From Actinomycetota bacterium (GTDB lineage: Bacteria; Actinomycetota; Humimicrobiia; Humimicrobiales; Humimicrobiaceae), in NCBI GenBank assembly GCA_034660395.1, contig JAYEJA010000049.1:1731-65730 (forward strand): a stretch of DNA of 64,000 nt, written 5' to 3'. Below the pieces are notes generated by a model, which worked only from the letters and a program-made list of their open reading frames with translations, made no database searches and was not told the DNA's origin. Positions 47,869 through 58,903 of the stretch are shown here, in pieces. A program made the translations under genes and the position numbers. Numbering within the stretch: position 1 is the first letter of the stretch; every line of letters begins with the position of its first letter.

Positions 47869-48759
47869 TTACGCTTTAAACTTTTCTCCTGTTATTTTTT
47901 CATAAGCGTCAATATATTTCTCAGATGTCTTTTTTATAACACTTTTTGGTAAAACAGGAGGCGTGGATTTTCTATCCCAGTCGGTACTTAAAAGATAATC
48001 CCTTACATATTGCTTGTCAAAACTCTTCTGTTCCTGTCCCGTTCTGTACTTATCCAGGGGCCAGAACCTTGAAGAATCAGGAGTTAAAACTTCATCTGCA
48101 AGAATAATCCCATCATCCGTTGCACCGAATTCGAATTTCGTATCTGCGATTATTATACCCTGCCTCATGGCATATTCAGAAGCTTTAAGGTAAAGTTCAA
48201 TACTTTTTTCCTTTAAAAAATCTATGGTTTCTGTCCCAAATATTCTCTTGGCTTTATTTATTGTAATAGCTATATCGTGGCCCGAAACCTCCTTGGTGGT
48301 AGGAGTAAATATAGCTTCAGGCAAACGGTCGCATTTATTTAAGTCAGGAGGAAGCTTAAGATCTCCGATTTTACCGGTCTTCTCATATTCTTCCCACCCG
48401 GAACCCGTTATGTATCCACGGATAACACACTCAATGGGGAAAACTTTGACTTTTTTGACTATAACAGATCTACCTTCCAGAATATTTTTATGCTTCCTTA
48501 AGAATTTTGGAAACTTTCTAAAATCGGTTTCCAGCAGATGGTTATCTATTACGCTCTTTAAATAATTAAACCAGAAAACTGAAATTTTATTTAAAATCTT
48601 ACCCTTTAACGGAATTAATGAGGGTAAAACAAAATCAAAAGCAGAAATCCTATCGGTAGTCACTATTAGAATCCTATCATCAAATGAAAACATCTCTCTT
48701 ACTTTGCCGCTTTTTAATTTCTCAAGTCCTTTAATATTTACCTCTCCAATTTCTTTCAC
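47869..48759 (-). CDS. purC: phosphoribosylaminoimidazole-succinocarboxamide synthase (long form)
   Basis: SAICAR synthetase motifs along 296 aa. Confidence 0.9.
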   Translation of the reverse strand: MKEIGEVNIKGLEKLKSGKVREMFSFDDRILIVTTDRISAFDFVLPSLIPLKGKILNKISVFWFNYLKSVIDNHLLETDFRKFPKFLRKHKNILEGRSVIVKKVKVFPIECVIRGYITGSGWEEYEKTGKIGDLKLPPDLNKCDRLPEAIFTPTTKEVSGHDIAITINKAKRIFGTETIDFLKEKSIELYLKASEYAMRQGIIIADTKFEFGATDDGIILADEVLTPDSSRFWPLDKYRTGQEQKSFDKQYVRDYLLSTDWDRKSTPPVLPKSVIKKTSEKYIDAYEKITGEKFKA

Positions 48760-48820
48760 GGGTTACCCCCTCTCTCTTTTATTTTTAATTTCATATTCAT
48801 CCTTTAATAAAAATATCCTG

Positions 48821-49630
48821 CTAATTAATAGCTGCGCCCTTTAACGCATGGGAACAGATGCAGTCTCTCTTTTCAGGAATTTTCGATATTACCTTAAAAA
48901 GAAGTTCCTTTACTTTTTCATTATTCTCATTAAAAACTCTAACAACTTCTCCAATTGTCACCGGCTTAATCTCGGGATGACCTTCCAGACCGGTATCATA
49001 ATCAGTTATAAGGGAAATATTTGCGTAACATATTTCCTGCTCCCTGGCAAGATAAACCTCGGGGTACTGTGTCATATTTATAACCTCCCAGCCCTGGTCT
49101 GAATACCATTTACTCTCGGCTCTGGTGCTGAATCTCGGTCCCTGAATAACAACCACGGTCCCCTTCGGATGACATTTGATTCCAAGTTCTTTCGCGCTTT
49201 TGGTAATAATTTTTCTCAACCCGGGACAATACGGCTCCGCCATGGCTATGTGGTACGTTTTTGGTCCATCATAGAAAGTATCAGCCCTTCCTTTTGTCCT
49301 GTCCACGAATTGGTCGCACACTACGAAATGACCTGGTTTTATATGGGGCTGAAGGCTTCCCGAAACGCTTGGCCCCAGAATTCGCTTTACCCCGAGCTTT
49401 TTCATAGCATAAATATTCGCACGGTAATTAATTTTATGCGGAGGCAGCGTATGTTTTTTACCATGGCGGGGCATAAATGCCACTCTTCTGTCTCCAACTT
49501 TTCCTATTATAACTTTATCAGAAGGAGAACCATACGGGGTCTCAATTTCGTACTTTTTCGCTCCCTTTAAAAAAGAATAAAATCCTGACCCGCCAAATAC
49601 ACCAATATCTGCCTTTTTAATACCAGCCAT
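48821..49630 (-). CDS. mtnP: S-methyl-5'-thioadenosine phosphorylase
   Basis: PNP/MTAP family motifs (FGGSGFY, MPRHGKKH, ITDYD). Confidence 0.85.
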   Translation of the reverse strand: MAGIKKADIGVFGGSGFYSFLKGAKKYEIETPYGSPSDKVIIGKVGDRRVAFMPRHGKKHTLPPHKINYRANIYAMKKLGVKRILGPSVSGSLQPHIKPGHFVVCDQFVDRTKGRADTFYDGPKTYHIAMAEPYCPGLRKIITKSAKELGIKCHPKGTVVVIQGPRFSTRAESKWYSDQGWEVINMTQYPEVYLAREQEICYANISLITDYDTGLEGHPEIKPVTIGEVVRVFNENNEKVKELLFKVISKIPEKRDCICSHALKGAAIN

Positions 49631-49696
49631 ATTCCTTCCTTTCGTATTCTAAAAAATTAATCTTTTTGCCACAGATAAAATAAAGTTATAAATAAA

Positions 49697-50689
49697 TTAG
49701 AAACCCTCTTTATTTACCAATTCAATAACAGATGACTCGAGACGCGCACCGAATTGACTTAATACTTTAGATGCAACTGCGCTGCCCATCTTGCCGCAGG
49801 TTTCCAGATTCATTCCTCCCGCCAGTCCATGAAGAAATCCTGCCGCATAAAGGTCACCTGCTCCTGTAGTGTCAACCACATTATCATTTTTCCTTGCAGC
49901 TACATTATTTACCTTTCCCTCAGATACAATTACAGACCCCTTCTCTGATCGTGTGATAACACTTATATTCCCCACTTTACTGCACTCTCTTACGGCATCT
50001 TCAATGTTTTTGACCCCGAATAATGATAGAATCTCTTCTTCATTGGCAAACAGCACATCTATGTATCCTTTTGCAATACTTAAAAACTCTTTTCTATGCC
50101 TTTTCACACAAAAGGAATCAGAAAGGGTTAAGGCAACCCTGCTCCCTGCTTTCACAGCTATATTTATCGCTTTTTTAAATGCTTCTTTAGCGTCGCCGCT
50201 GTCAAAAAGATAACCCTCAAGGTATAGTATCTCCGACTGTGAAATGCTAATTTCATTAATATCTTCCGGTTTTAAAAATCCCGACACGCCCAGATAGGTA
50301 TTCATCGTCCTCTGCGCATCCGGAGTAGTTAAAACAATGCAGCATGCCGTACGCATGTCGCCGCCGGCATTTACTACACAATATCTAACTCCCAGATTTT
50401 TTAAATCTTTCTTGAATGATTTACCAAGATCATCATTTCCTACTTTACCTATAAAAGCTGCCCTGTCTCCAAGCAATGACAGAGTAGCAATCGTATTTGC
50501 CACCGAGCCTCCTGAAACTTCCTTTACCGTCCTGATACATGAATGCAGTTTCTCAACTTCAGATTCATCAATAATTTTCATTGAACCCTTCCGGAGATTA
50601 TGCTTTTTAAGAAAATTGTCTTCTACGTTAGCCACAACATCCATAATAGCATTGCCGATCCCCAGCACCTTATACTTTTTTGTAACCAT
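49697..50689 (-). CDS. PfkB-family carbohydrate kinase, adenosine-kinase-like
   Basis: GIGNAIMDV N-terminus and DTTGAGDLYAAGFLHGL ATP-binding motif. It is adjacent to mtnP. Confidence 0.7.
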   Translation of the reverse strand: MVTKKYKVLGIGNAIMDVVANVEDNFLKKHNLRKGSMKIIDESEVEKLHSCIRTVKEVSGGSVANTIATLSLLGDRAAFIGKVGNDDLGKSFKKDLKNLGVRYCVVNAGGDMRTACCIVLTTPDAQRTMNTYLGVSGFLKPEDINEISISQSEILYLEGYLFDSGDAKEAFKKAINIAVKAGSRVALTLSDSFCVKRHRKEFLSIAKGYIDVLFANEEEILSLFGVKNIEDAVRECSKVGNISVITRSEKGSVIVSEGKVNNVAARKNDNVVDTTGAGDLYAAGFLHGLAGGMNLETCGKMGSAVASKVLSQFGARLESSVIELVNKEGF

Positions 50690-50871
50690 AAGATATCTTA
50701 TCCTATCTGAAGTAGAATACTTTTAAAATATTAATCTGTTCCAGCAAGCTTCCTACCTATAACATTTAATAGAATATCAAAAATTATGTCAATTACTATT
50801 ACTTTATAAAAATATCTTTTTTAACTATAATTTTCATAAATATTAATAGACACTCTCATTAAGAAAGGAAT

Positions 50872-51273
50872 ATGATGTTTGAGAGTATTACCGTCAAAAC
50901 CAGAAGCAGAATCGAAATGATTGATATTACGGAAAAAGTAGAAAATTTAATTACAGGCCATAAAGTAAAAAACGGGATATGTTTCCTATCCGTTCCCCAC
51001 ACTACTGCCGGAATAACCATAAATGAAAACACGGACTTCAACGTACAGCTTGATATTAATTCAAAGCTAAATGATTTAGTTCCTCCTGATGGCGGCTATA
51101 CCCATATCGAAGGCAATTCCGATTCTCATATAAAATCAACGCTGGTCGGAGCAGCAATAAATATAATTATTGAAAAGGGCAGGTTTGTCCTTGGAACCTG
51201 GCAGGGTATATATTTCTGTGAATTTGACGGACCGAGAAACAGAAAATTGTACATCAAGGTAATTGAAGGGTAA
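50872..51273 (+). CDS. yjbQ: YjbQ family protein (UPF0047, secondary thiamine-phosphate synthase-like)
   Basis: HTTAGITINEN...HIKSTLVG motifs. Confidence 0.8.
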   Translation: MMFESITVKTRSRIEMIDITEKVENLITGHKVKNGICFLSVPHTTAGITINENTDFNVQLDINSKLNDLVPPDGGYTHIEGNSDSHIKSTLVGAAINIIIEKGRFVLGTWQGIYFCEFDGPRNRKLYIKVIEG

Positions 51274-51332
51274 CTTTAGAAGAGTACATATAAAATTTAC
51301 AATAAATTTGATTGCGAAAAAATCTAAATACT

Positions 51333-52685
51333 ATGAACTTATTTGAGCAGCTTAAAACAGGCGATAACACAGTCAACAAAAACACTACTCCTCTTGCCGA
51401 CAGGATGAGGCCACACAATCTTGATGAATTTGCAGGACAGAAACACCTTGTGGGAAAAGGTAAAATTTTAAGGGAAATTATAGAAAAAGACAGGCCGTAT
51501 TCAATGATTCTCTGGGGCCCTCCGGGTTCAGGAAAAACTACACTTGCCAGAATTATTGCTGAAAAAACTAAAAGCAAGTTTATATCATTTTCTGCGGTGA
51601 CATCCGGTATAAAGCAGATAAAAGAAATCATGGAAATTGCCAGGTACAACAGGCAGGAACATAATATAAAAACTATATTGTTCGTTGATGAAATCCACCG
51701 CTTCAATAAGGCCCAGCAGGACGCTTTTCTGCCCTTTATTGAAAAAGGAATCATAATATTAATTGGCGCTACTACTGAAAACCCGTCTTTTGAAGTAAAT
51801 TCGGCTCTTCTTTCACGTACTAAAACCTTTATTCTTTATAAGTTATCTCCAGAAGATATAAAGACTCTGATAAAAAGGGCACTTTCCGATAAAGAAAAAG
51901 GGCTGGGCAAATACAATATAAAAATAGACGGCAGCGCTATTGATCTTATCAGCCGCTTCTCCGACGGTGATTCAAGAATTGCATACAACATCCTTGAACT
52001 TGCCGCCGGCGCATATTTAAAAGAAAAAAAAGAAAGGTCTCTCCATATAGACACCGGTATGATTGAAAATATAATACAGAAGAGAGCGCTCCTGTACGAC
52101 AAAAACGGCGAACAGCATTTCAACCTCATTTCAGCACTTCATAAAAGCCTGAGGGGCAGTGACCCTGATGGTGCAGTTTACTGGACGGTAAGAATGCTTG
52201 AAGGAGGCGAGGACCCTCTTTACATAATAAGAAGAATGGTCAGATTTGCATCAGAAGACGTTGGTCTTGCAGACCCCTCCGCGCTGCAGGTTGCAATCTC
52301 TGCCAAACAGAGCTTTGAGTTTATCGGTCCCCCGGAAGGATACCTTGCAATCCTTGAGGCAGCAATTTACCTCGCCCTTGCGCCGAAAAGCAATTCCCTT
52401 TATAAAACATATAAAAAGGTTAAATCTGACATTGAAGAATATGGATCGCTTCCCGTTCCGTATCATCTTAGAAATGCCCCTACCAGCTTAATGAAAGATA
52501 TTGGATACGGCAAAGGTTATAAATATTCGCATAATTACAGGGAATCAATAGTCAGCCAGAATCACCTTCCCGATAAACTTGTCAATCTTACAGAGAAATA
52601 TTACAGACCAACAGGTAGGGGTTTTGAGAAAGAGTTAGCCGAAAGAATTAAAAAAATAGATATATTCAAGAAAAAACAAAAATAA
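51333..52685 (+). CDS. rarA: replication-associated recombination protein A (AAA ATPase RarA/MgsA)
   Basis: Walker A GPPGSGKTT, Walker B LFVDEIHRFNK and the MgsA C-terminal domain. The track ORF starts at TTG 51312. The ATG at 51333 (MNLFEQL) is the more likely start. Confidence 0.9.
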   Translation: MNLFEQLKTGDNTVNKNTTPLADRMRPHNLDEFAGQKHLVGKGKILREIIEKDRPYSMILWGPPGSGKTTLARIIAEKTKSKFISFSAVTSGIKQIKEIMEIARYNRQEHNIKTILFVDEIHRFNKAQQDAFLPFIEKGIIILIGATTENPSFEVNSALLSRTKTFILYKLSPEDIKTLIKRALSDKEKGLGKYNIKIDGSAIDLISRFSDGDSRIAYNILELAAGAYLKEKKERSLHIDTGMIENIIQKRALLYDKNGEQHFNLISALHKSLRGSDPDGAVYWTVRMLEGGEDPLYIIRRMVRFASEDVGLADPSALQVAISAKQSFEFIGPPEGYLAILEAAIYLALAPKSNSLYKTYKKVKSDIEEYGSLPVPYHLRNAPTSLMKDIGYGKGYKYSHNYRESIVSQNHLPDKLVNLTEKYYRPTGRGFEKELAERIKKIDIFKKKQK

Positions 52686-52725
52686 TTAACTCTTATATAA
52701 TTATAAAACTAATATTATCAATGTT

Positions 52726-53742
52726 TTACCCTTTTATAAGCTCCTCGGCAATCTGAATCGCATTCAGCGCCGCTCCCTTCCTGAGCTGGTCTCCTACCAC
52801 CCACATGCTTATTCCATTCCTTACGGATATATCTTCCCTCACCCTTCCTACATAGGTATCATCCCTCCCGGAGGAATCAAGAGTGGTCGGGTAAACTGCA
52901 TTCTTAAAATCATCCTTCAAGACCAGGCCTTTGCCTACGGCCAGCGCATTTCTTACCATATCCAGCTCAATTTTTTCCCGGGTTTCAATAAAAACCGACT
53001 CCGAATGAGAAGTAAAAACAGGAACCCTTACCGTTGTTGCAGAAACCATTATATTATTATCACCAAAAATTTTACGGGTCTCATGGACCATTTTCATTTC
53101 TTCCTTTGTATAACCATTATCAAGAAATATATCTACATGCGGAATTACGTTAAAAGCTATCTGTACGGGAAAAACTTTGCTTTCAAACCCTTTTTTGCCA
53201 TCGCATATTATCTCCCTTGTCTGGTCTTCAAGCTCCTTTATGGCCCTGGCACCCGCCCCTGAGACGGATTGGTAGGTAGATACTATAATTCTTTTTATCG
53301 GAGAGATATCATAAATCGGTTTAAGAGCTACTACAAGAACTATAGTGGAACAATTAGGATTGGCAATAATGCCTTTATGTTCAAATATTTTACTATTATT
53401 TATTTCGGGAACAACAAGGGGTACATCATCTTCCATCCTGAATGCGCTGCTATTATCAATGACTACTGCGCCGCTATCTACGGCATGCCCTGCAAACTCT
53501 TTAGAAGTTGAAGCCCCCGCCGAAAAAAGTGCTATATCCACGCCGCTGAAAGAGTCCTTTTTTAATTCCCTTACCTCAAGTTCCTCACCTTTAAAAAATA
53601 TTTTCCTGCCTTTAGACCTGTAAGAAGCAAGAGGTATAAGGTTTTTTACCGGAAAATCCCTCTCCTCCAGAATTGAGAGAAATACTTTTCCCACTGCACC
53701 TGTTACTCCCGCTACAGCTACATTATATTCTTTTGAACTCAT
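52726..53742 (-). CDS. asd: aspartate-semialdehyde dehydrogenase
   Basis: VAGVTGAVG NAD motif and catalytic Cys region (NPNCSTI). Confidence 0.9.
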   Translation of the reverse strand: MSSKEYNVAVAGVTGAVGKVFLSILEERDFPVKNLIPLASYRSKGRKIFFKGEELEVRELKKDSFSGVDIALFSAGASTSKEFAGHAVDSGAVVIDNSSAFRMEDDVPLVVPEINNSKIFEHKGIIANPNCSTIVLVVALKPIYDISPIKRIIVSTYQSVSGAGARAIKELEDQTREIICDGKKGFESKVFPVQIAFNVIPHVDIFLDNGYTKEEMKMVHETRKIFGDNNIMVSATTVRVPVFTSHSESVFIETREKIELDMVRNALAVGKGLVLKDDFKNAVYPTTLDSSGRDDTYVGRVREDISVRNGISMWVVGDQLRKGAALNAIQIAEELIKG

Positions 53743-53877
53743 ATTAAACTCACCACTTTTTAAGTGTAATGACAGATACTTTTTAATAATTAAAGATTAA
53801 AAACTTACAGATAAGTGAAGGATATATTAAAACAATATAAAAATAAATACAATATAAAAGAAAAAATATTATTTTAT

Positions 53878-55101
53878 TTATTTTTCCAGCTCAAAACCGC
53901 CGTGCAGGGCCCTTACTGTTTCTTTTACCCTGCTTTTTTCTACTACGCATGAAATTCTTATCGGAGAGGTGCTTATCATTTCAATATTAATACCTCTTTC
54001 TGCAAGTATGCCGAACATCTTCGCTGCAACACCCGGATGTGACTGCATCCCTGCACCCACAATTGAAACTTTTGCAATGTCGGAATCCATTTCTAAATTT
54101 ACATTCTCTATTTTACCAATGGTTTCTTTTGCCGTTTCAACATCATCACCTTTTATTGTGAAGGAAATAGCAGCAATATTTTTCTCGCTGACATTCTGGA
54201 CAATTAAATCAACATTTATATTCTTTTCAGCCAGCTTTCCAAATAAATCTGCAGCAATCCCCGGCTTATCCTCCAGTCCGAATACGGATACCTTGACCTC
54301 TCCTACATCATAAGTTACTCCTGTAACCATCGGCCTTTCCATTCTTTTATCATTTTGAAAATTATCCATAACCCATGTCCCTTCAATATCTTTAAAACTT
54401 GACCTTATATGTAATATCACATTATGCTTTTTTGCAAACTCTACTGCCCTCAGGTGGATTACTTTTGCTCCGGAAGATGCCAGTTCCAGCATTTCATCAT
54501 ACGAAACTGATTTGAGCTTTTTAGCTCCATCTACCATATTCGGATCAACTGAATAAACTCCATCAACGTCCGTATATATCTCACAATATTTTGCCTTAAG
54601 CGCAGAAGCCACCGCAACAGCCGTGGTATCCGAACCGCCCCTTCCCAGTGTTGTGATATCTCCGTCTAAATTGATGCCCTGGAATCCCGCTATAATCACT
54701 ACCCTGTCTTTTTTTAATTCTTTTAATATCCTATCTACTTTTATATTCAGGATTTTAGCATTGGAATAAAACTCGTCGGTTAAAATACCTGCCTGTCCGC
54801 CGGTAAGAGAAATACACCCGGAACCTCTTTCCTGAACGGCTATCGCAAGAAGCGCGCTTGAAACCTGCTCCCCTGTCGATGTAAGCATATCCATTTCACG
54901 TCTTGAGGGCTTTTGAATTATTTTTTCTGCAAGTTCAATAAGCCTCTCGGTAGTGTCACCCATAGCTGAAACGACAACCACTACGCTTTTACCTTCATTC
55001 CTTGATTTTATTACCCTGTCAGCAACTTTTCTTATTTTATCAACATCACCGACAGAAGTACCACCGAACTTAAGGACTATTATATCTTTCTTGACCATCA
55101 T
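53878..55101 (-). CDS. lysC: aspartate kinase (with tandem C-terminal ACT domains)
   Basis: KFGGTSV N-terminus and ACT repeats. Confidence 0.9.
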   Translation of the reverse strand: MMVKKDIIVLKFGGTSVGDVDKIRKVADRVIKSRNEGKSVVVVVSAMGDTTERLIELAEKIIQKPSRREMDMLTSTGEQVSSALLAIAVQERGSGCISLTGGQAGILTDEFYSNAKILNIKVDRILKELKKDRVVIIAGFQGINLDGDITTLGRGGSDTTAVAVASALKAKYCEIYTDVDGVYSVDPNMVDGAKKLKSVSYDEMLELASSGAKVIHLRAVEFAKKHNVILHIRSSFKDIEGTWVMDNFQNDKRMERPMVTGVTYDVGEVKVSVFGLEDKPGIAADLFGKLAEKNINVDLIVQNVSEKNIAAISFTIKGDDVETAKETIGKIENVNLEMDSDIAKVSIVGAGMQSHPGVAAKMFGILAERGINIEMISTSPIRISCVVEKSRVKETVRALHGGFELEK

Positions 55102-55152
55102 GCTTTAAATATATTCTTATTTAAAATCAGTAATTTATAAATATAGAACTTC

Positions 55153-58100
55153 TTACTCTGCTTCCGCCAGCTTTTTATATTTTTCATATTTCTTTTTGGC
55201 TTCTTCTTCTGCCCTGCTAAACAGATCTTCGGCTATATCCGGGAAGGTCTTGGTAAGCGATGCATATCTTACTTCACCCATCAGGAAATCCCTGAACGAT
55301 GCCTTTGGCTCCTTCGAATCAAGAATAAACGGATTTTTCCCATCTTTCTTAAGTTCCGGGTTATACCTGTAAAGATGCCAGTATCCTGACTCAACAGCTT
55401 CCTTCTCCCTTAACTGGCTGCAGCTCATACCGGCATAAATACCATGGTTAATACACGGGCTGTAAGCTATTATAAGCGATGGGCCGTTATAGCTTTCCGC
55501 TTCAAGGAATGCCTTAAGCGTTTGTTTCCTGCTTGCACCCATTGCTATCTGTGAAACATATACATATCCATAATTCGCAGCCATAAGCCCGAGGTCTTTT
55601 TTCTTCATTTTCTTACCCGAAGCAGCAAATTTTGCCACAGCACCCAGCGGGGTTGCCTTTGAAGACTGGCCTCCCGTATTTGAATATACCTCGGTGTCAA
55701 AAACAAGAATATTCATATTTTCTCCAGATGCGAGAACATGGTCGAGTCCGCCATAACCTATATCATAAGCCCAGCCGTCTCCGCCAAATGCCCATACAGA
55801 TTTTTTAATAAGATAATCCTTAAGTTCCAGTATTTTATCTCTAAGTTCATTGGCCTTTTTACTGCCCAGGTCCTTTTTAAATAGTTTTAATATCTTCTCT
55901 GTAGATTTCTTATTTGCTTCGACATCTTCTTTTCCTTTAATCCATTCAGCTGCAGCTTCCTTTACTCCGGAATCTACATCCGGACTTTTCAGCTGATTCA
56001 TGTAGTCCTCTATCCTGTCTCTCATATTCCTTATAGACAGGGCCATTCCATATCCGTATTCAGCATTATCTTCAAATAAAGAATTGGCCCATGCCGGTCC
56101 TTTTCCTTCACTGTTAACCGTATAAGGTGTTGAAGGAGCCGAACCGCCCCATATGGATGAACATCCGGTAGCATTGGATATAAGCATCCTGTCACCAAAA
56201 AGCTGGGTTACAAGTTTTGCGTAAGGAGTTTCCCCGCATCCGGCACAGGCACCCGAGAACTCCAGCAGCGGCTGCCTGAACTGGCTGCTCTTAACCGTTT
56301 TCGTGGTTGCAACGCTTTCTTTAACAGGAATCTTCAAAGCAAAATCCCAGTTCTCTTCCTCTTTCATCTGCGAATCAAGCGGTTTCATAACAAGCGCTTT
56401 TTCTCTTGCGGGGCAGACTTCCACGCAGCTCCCGCACCCGGTACAGTCAAGAGGGCTTACCTGCATCCTGTAAGAAAGTCCGTCCATGCCCTTTCCCTTC
56501 GCCTTTATCGTTTTAAAATCTCCGGGAGCTTTTTTTAGCTCCTTATCAGTAAGAAGCACAGGCCTTATAGCTGCATGCGGGCATACATAGGAGCACTCGT
56601 TACATTGGATACAATTATCTTCCTGCCATTCCGGTATATCTATTGCACTTCCCCTCTTCTCATATGCCGTAGTGCCCTGCGGGAATGTTCCATCCTCTGA
56701 GCCTACAAACGCGCTAACCGGTATCTTGTCGCCTTCCTGCCTGTTCATTACTCTCAGCATGTTCTTTATGAAATCCGGCTCCTGGGCTTCTTTGATGCCG
56801 GCCTCATCAACAGCATCCTTCCAGCTTTCGGGAATTTTAATTTTTTTAAGGCCTTTTATACCTTTATCGACAGCCTGGTAGTTCATATTAACAATCTTTT
56901 CACCCTTCCTGCCGTAAGTATTTTTTATGGCTTCTTTTAAATATTTTATTGCATCATCAAGAGGTATGACTTCCGCCAGTTTAAAGAAGGCGGCCTGCAT
57001 AATCATATTAATTCTGCTTCCCAGCCCCACCCCGGCTGCTATACTGGTGGCATCAATGCTATAGAAATTGATATCATTCTCGTATAGGTATCTTTTAATA
57101 TTTGCCGGTATTTTTTCTTCAAGTTCTTCCTCTTCCCACTGACAATTTAAAACAAATACCCCTCCTTTTTTCAATCCTTTAAGCAAATCATACTGGTCAA
57201 CATAGGACTGCTTATGACATGCCACATAGTCTGCATCGTTTATAAGATAGGTTGACTTGATTGGATATTTACCAAACCTCAGGTGGGATACAGTAATTCC
57301 GCCGGACTTCCTTGAGTCATAAGCAAAATAGCCCTGGGCGTACATGTCAGTATTGTCACCTATTATCTTTATTGCATTCTTGTTTGCTCCAACGGTACCA
57401 TCACCGCCGAGACCCCAGAATTTACACCTTATTGTTCCTTCAGGTACAGTCTCGATTTTATCTTTTACTTCAAGAGAAGTATGTGTAACATCATCTGTTA
57501 TGCCAACAGTAAAGCCGTTTTTGGGATTATCGGATTTCAGGTTATCAAATACGGCTTTTATCTGCGCAGGTGTGGTATCCTTTGAGCTAAGCCCGTATCT
57601 GCCTCCTATAATAACCGGCCTTTTTTCAACTTCAAAGAACGCGGTCTTAACATCCGTATACATAGGCTCGCCTACTGCTCCCGGCTCTTTTGTCCTGTCC
57701 ATAACAGCAATTTTCTTAACACTATCCGGCAGGGATTTAAATAAAAACTCGGTACAGAAAGGACGATAGAGATGAACTTTCAGCACACCTACCTTTTCGC
57801 CTGCCTTAACAAGATAATTTACCGTTTCATCTATAGTATCCGTAACAGAGCCCATTGCTATGATTACATACTCTGCATCTTTTGCCCCGACATAATTGAA
57901 CGGTCTGTATTCCCTTCCTGTCAGTTTGCTTATCTTCTTCATATAATCTTCCACTATATATGGCACTTTATCGTAAAATCTGTTAGATGATTCCCTTGCC
58001 TGAAAAAATATGTCCGGATTCTGGGCCGTACCTCTCGTAACGGGATGCTCCGGACTTAAAGCTCTGCTGCGGAATTCTCCTAACGCCTTTTCATCAATAA

Positions 58101-58677
58101 GCTTTTTAAAATCTTCGTAATTTATAACTTCTATTTTCTGTATCTCATGAGAGCTCCTGAAACCATCAAAGAAATGAACAAACGGCACCCTTGATTTTAT
58201 GGCGCTCAGGTGTGCTACTCCGCCCAGATCCATAATTTCCTGTATGGAACCCGATGCAAGAAGACCGAATCCGGTCTGCCTTACTGCCATGACATCGGAA
58301 TGGTCACCGAATATTGAAAGTGCATGGGTTGCAAGAGTACGGGCACTTACATGAAAGACACCCGGAAGAAGTTCTCCTGAAATTTTATACATATTGGGAA
58401 CCATTAAAAGCAGACCCTGTGAAGCTGTAAAAGTTGAAGTAAGCGACCCTGCAGCAAGCAAACCATGTACTGCTCCCGATGCACCTCCTTCAGATTGTAA
58501 TTCACTCACGCTAACCGTCTGTCCGAAAATATTCTTCTTGCCATGAGCAGCCCATTCGTCAACATATTCGCCCATAGGTGAAGAGGGTGTAATAGGATAG
58601 ATGGCCGCCACTTCAGTAAAAGCATACGCTACATATGCTGCCGCCATATTGCCATCCATCGTTTTCATTTTTTTCAT
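55153..58677 (-). CDS. nifJ: pyruvate:ferredoxin (flavodoxin) oxidoreductase, single-chain PFOR
   Basis: 1174 aa, two 4Fe-4S ferredoxin motifs (CIQCNECSYVCP, CTGCGSCVEVCP), TPP domain GDGW. Confidence 0.95.
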   Translation of the reverse strand: MKKMKTMDGNMAAAYVAYAFTEVAAIYPITPSSPMGEYVDEWAAHGKKNIFGQTVSVSELQSEGGASGAVHGLLAAGSLTSTFTASQGLLLMVPNMYKISGELLPGVFHVSARTLATHALSIFGDHSDVMAVRQTGFGLLASGSIQEIMDLGGVAHLSAIKSRVPFVHFFDGFRSSHEIQKIEVINYEDFKKLIDEKALGEFRSRALSPEHPVTRGTAQNPDIFFQARESSNRFYDKVPYIVEDYMKKISKLTGREYRPFNYVGAKDAEYVIIAMGSVTDTIDETVNYLVKAGEKVGVLKVHLYRPFCTEFLFKSLPDSVKKIAVMDRTKEPGAVGEPMYTDVKTAFFEVEKRPVIIGGRYGLSSKDTTPAQIKAVFDNLKSDNPKNGFTVGITDDVTHTSLEVKDKIETVPEGTIRCKFWGLGGDGTVGANKNAIKIIGDNTDMYAQGYFAYDSRKSGGITVSHLRFGKYPIKSTYLINDADYVACHKQSYVDQYDLLKGLKKGGVFVLNCQWEEEELEEKIPANIKRYLYENDINFYSIDATSIAAGVGLGSRINMIMQAAFFKLAEVIPLDDAIKYLKEAIKNTYGRKGEKIVNMNYQAVDKGIKGLKKIKIPESWKDAVDEAGIKEAQEPDFIKNMLRVMNRQEGDKIPVSAFVGSEDGTFPQGTTAYEKRGSAIDIPEWQEDNCIQCNECSYVCPHAAIRPVLLTDKELKKAPGDFKTIKAKGKGMDGLSYRMQVSPLDCTGCGSCVEVCPAREKALVMKPLDSQMKEEENWDFALKIPVKESVATTKTVKSSQFRQPLLEFSGACAGCGETPYAKLVTQLFGDRMLISNATGCSSIWGGSAPSTPYTVNSEGKGPAWANSLFEDNAEYGYGMALSIRNMRDRIEDYMNQLKSPDVDSGVKEAAAEWIKGKEDVEANKKSTEKILKLFKKDLGSKKANELRDKILELKDYLIKKSVWAFGGDGWAYDIGYGGLDHVLASGENMNILVFDTEVYSNTGGQSSKATPLGAVAKFAASGKKMKKKDLGLMAANYGYVYVSQIAMGASRKQTLKAFLEAESYNGPSLIIAYSPCINHGIYAGMSCSQLREKEAVESGYWHLYRYNPELKKDGKNPFILDSKEPKASFRDFLMGEVRYASLTKTFPDIAEDLFSRAEEEAKKKYEKYKKLAEAE

Positions 58678-58903
58678 AATAAATCTACTCCTCCATGTAT
58701 AAATTTCCCGTTTTAGAATTTAAAAATATAATTTAAAAAATTTTTATTGATTTATAAGCCCCGTTTTAAAAACTATCATTAATTGAAGATACCAGCAATA
58801 GTTCAAACTCCAACCAAAAATTAAACCAATGAATTATAGCATATTTAATTTATTTTTTTAATAAAATAAGACTTATAAACTCAAATCCCAAAGCGGCCTC
58901 ATG

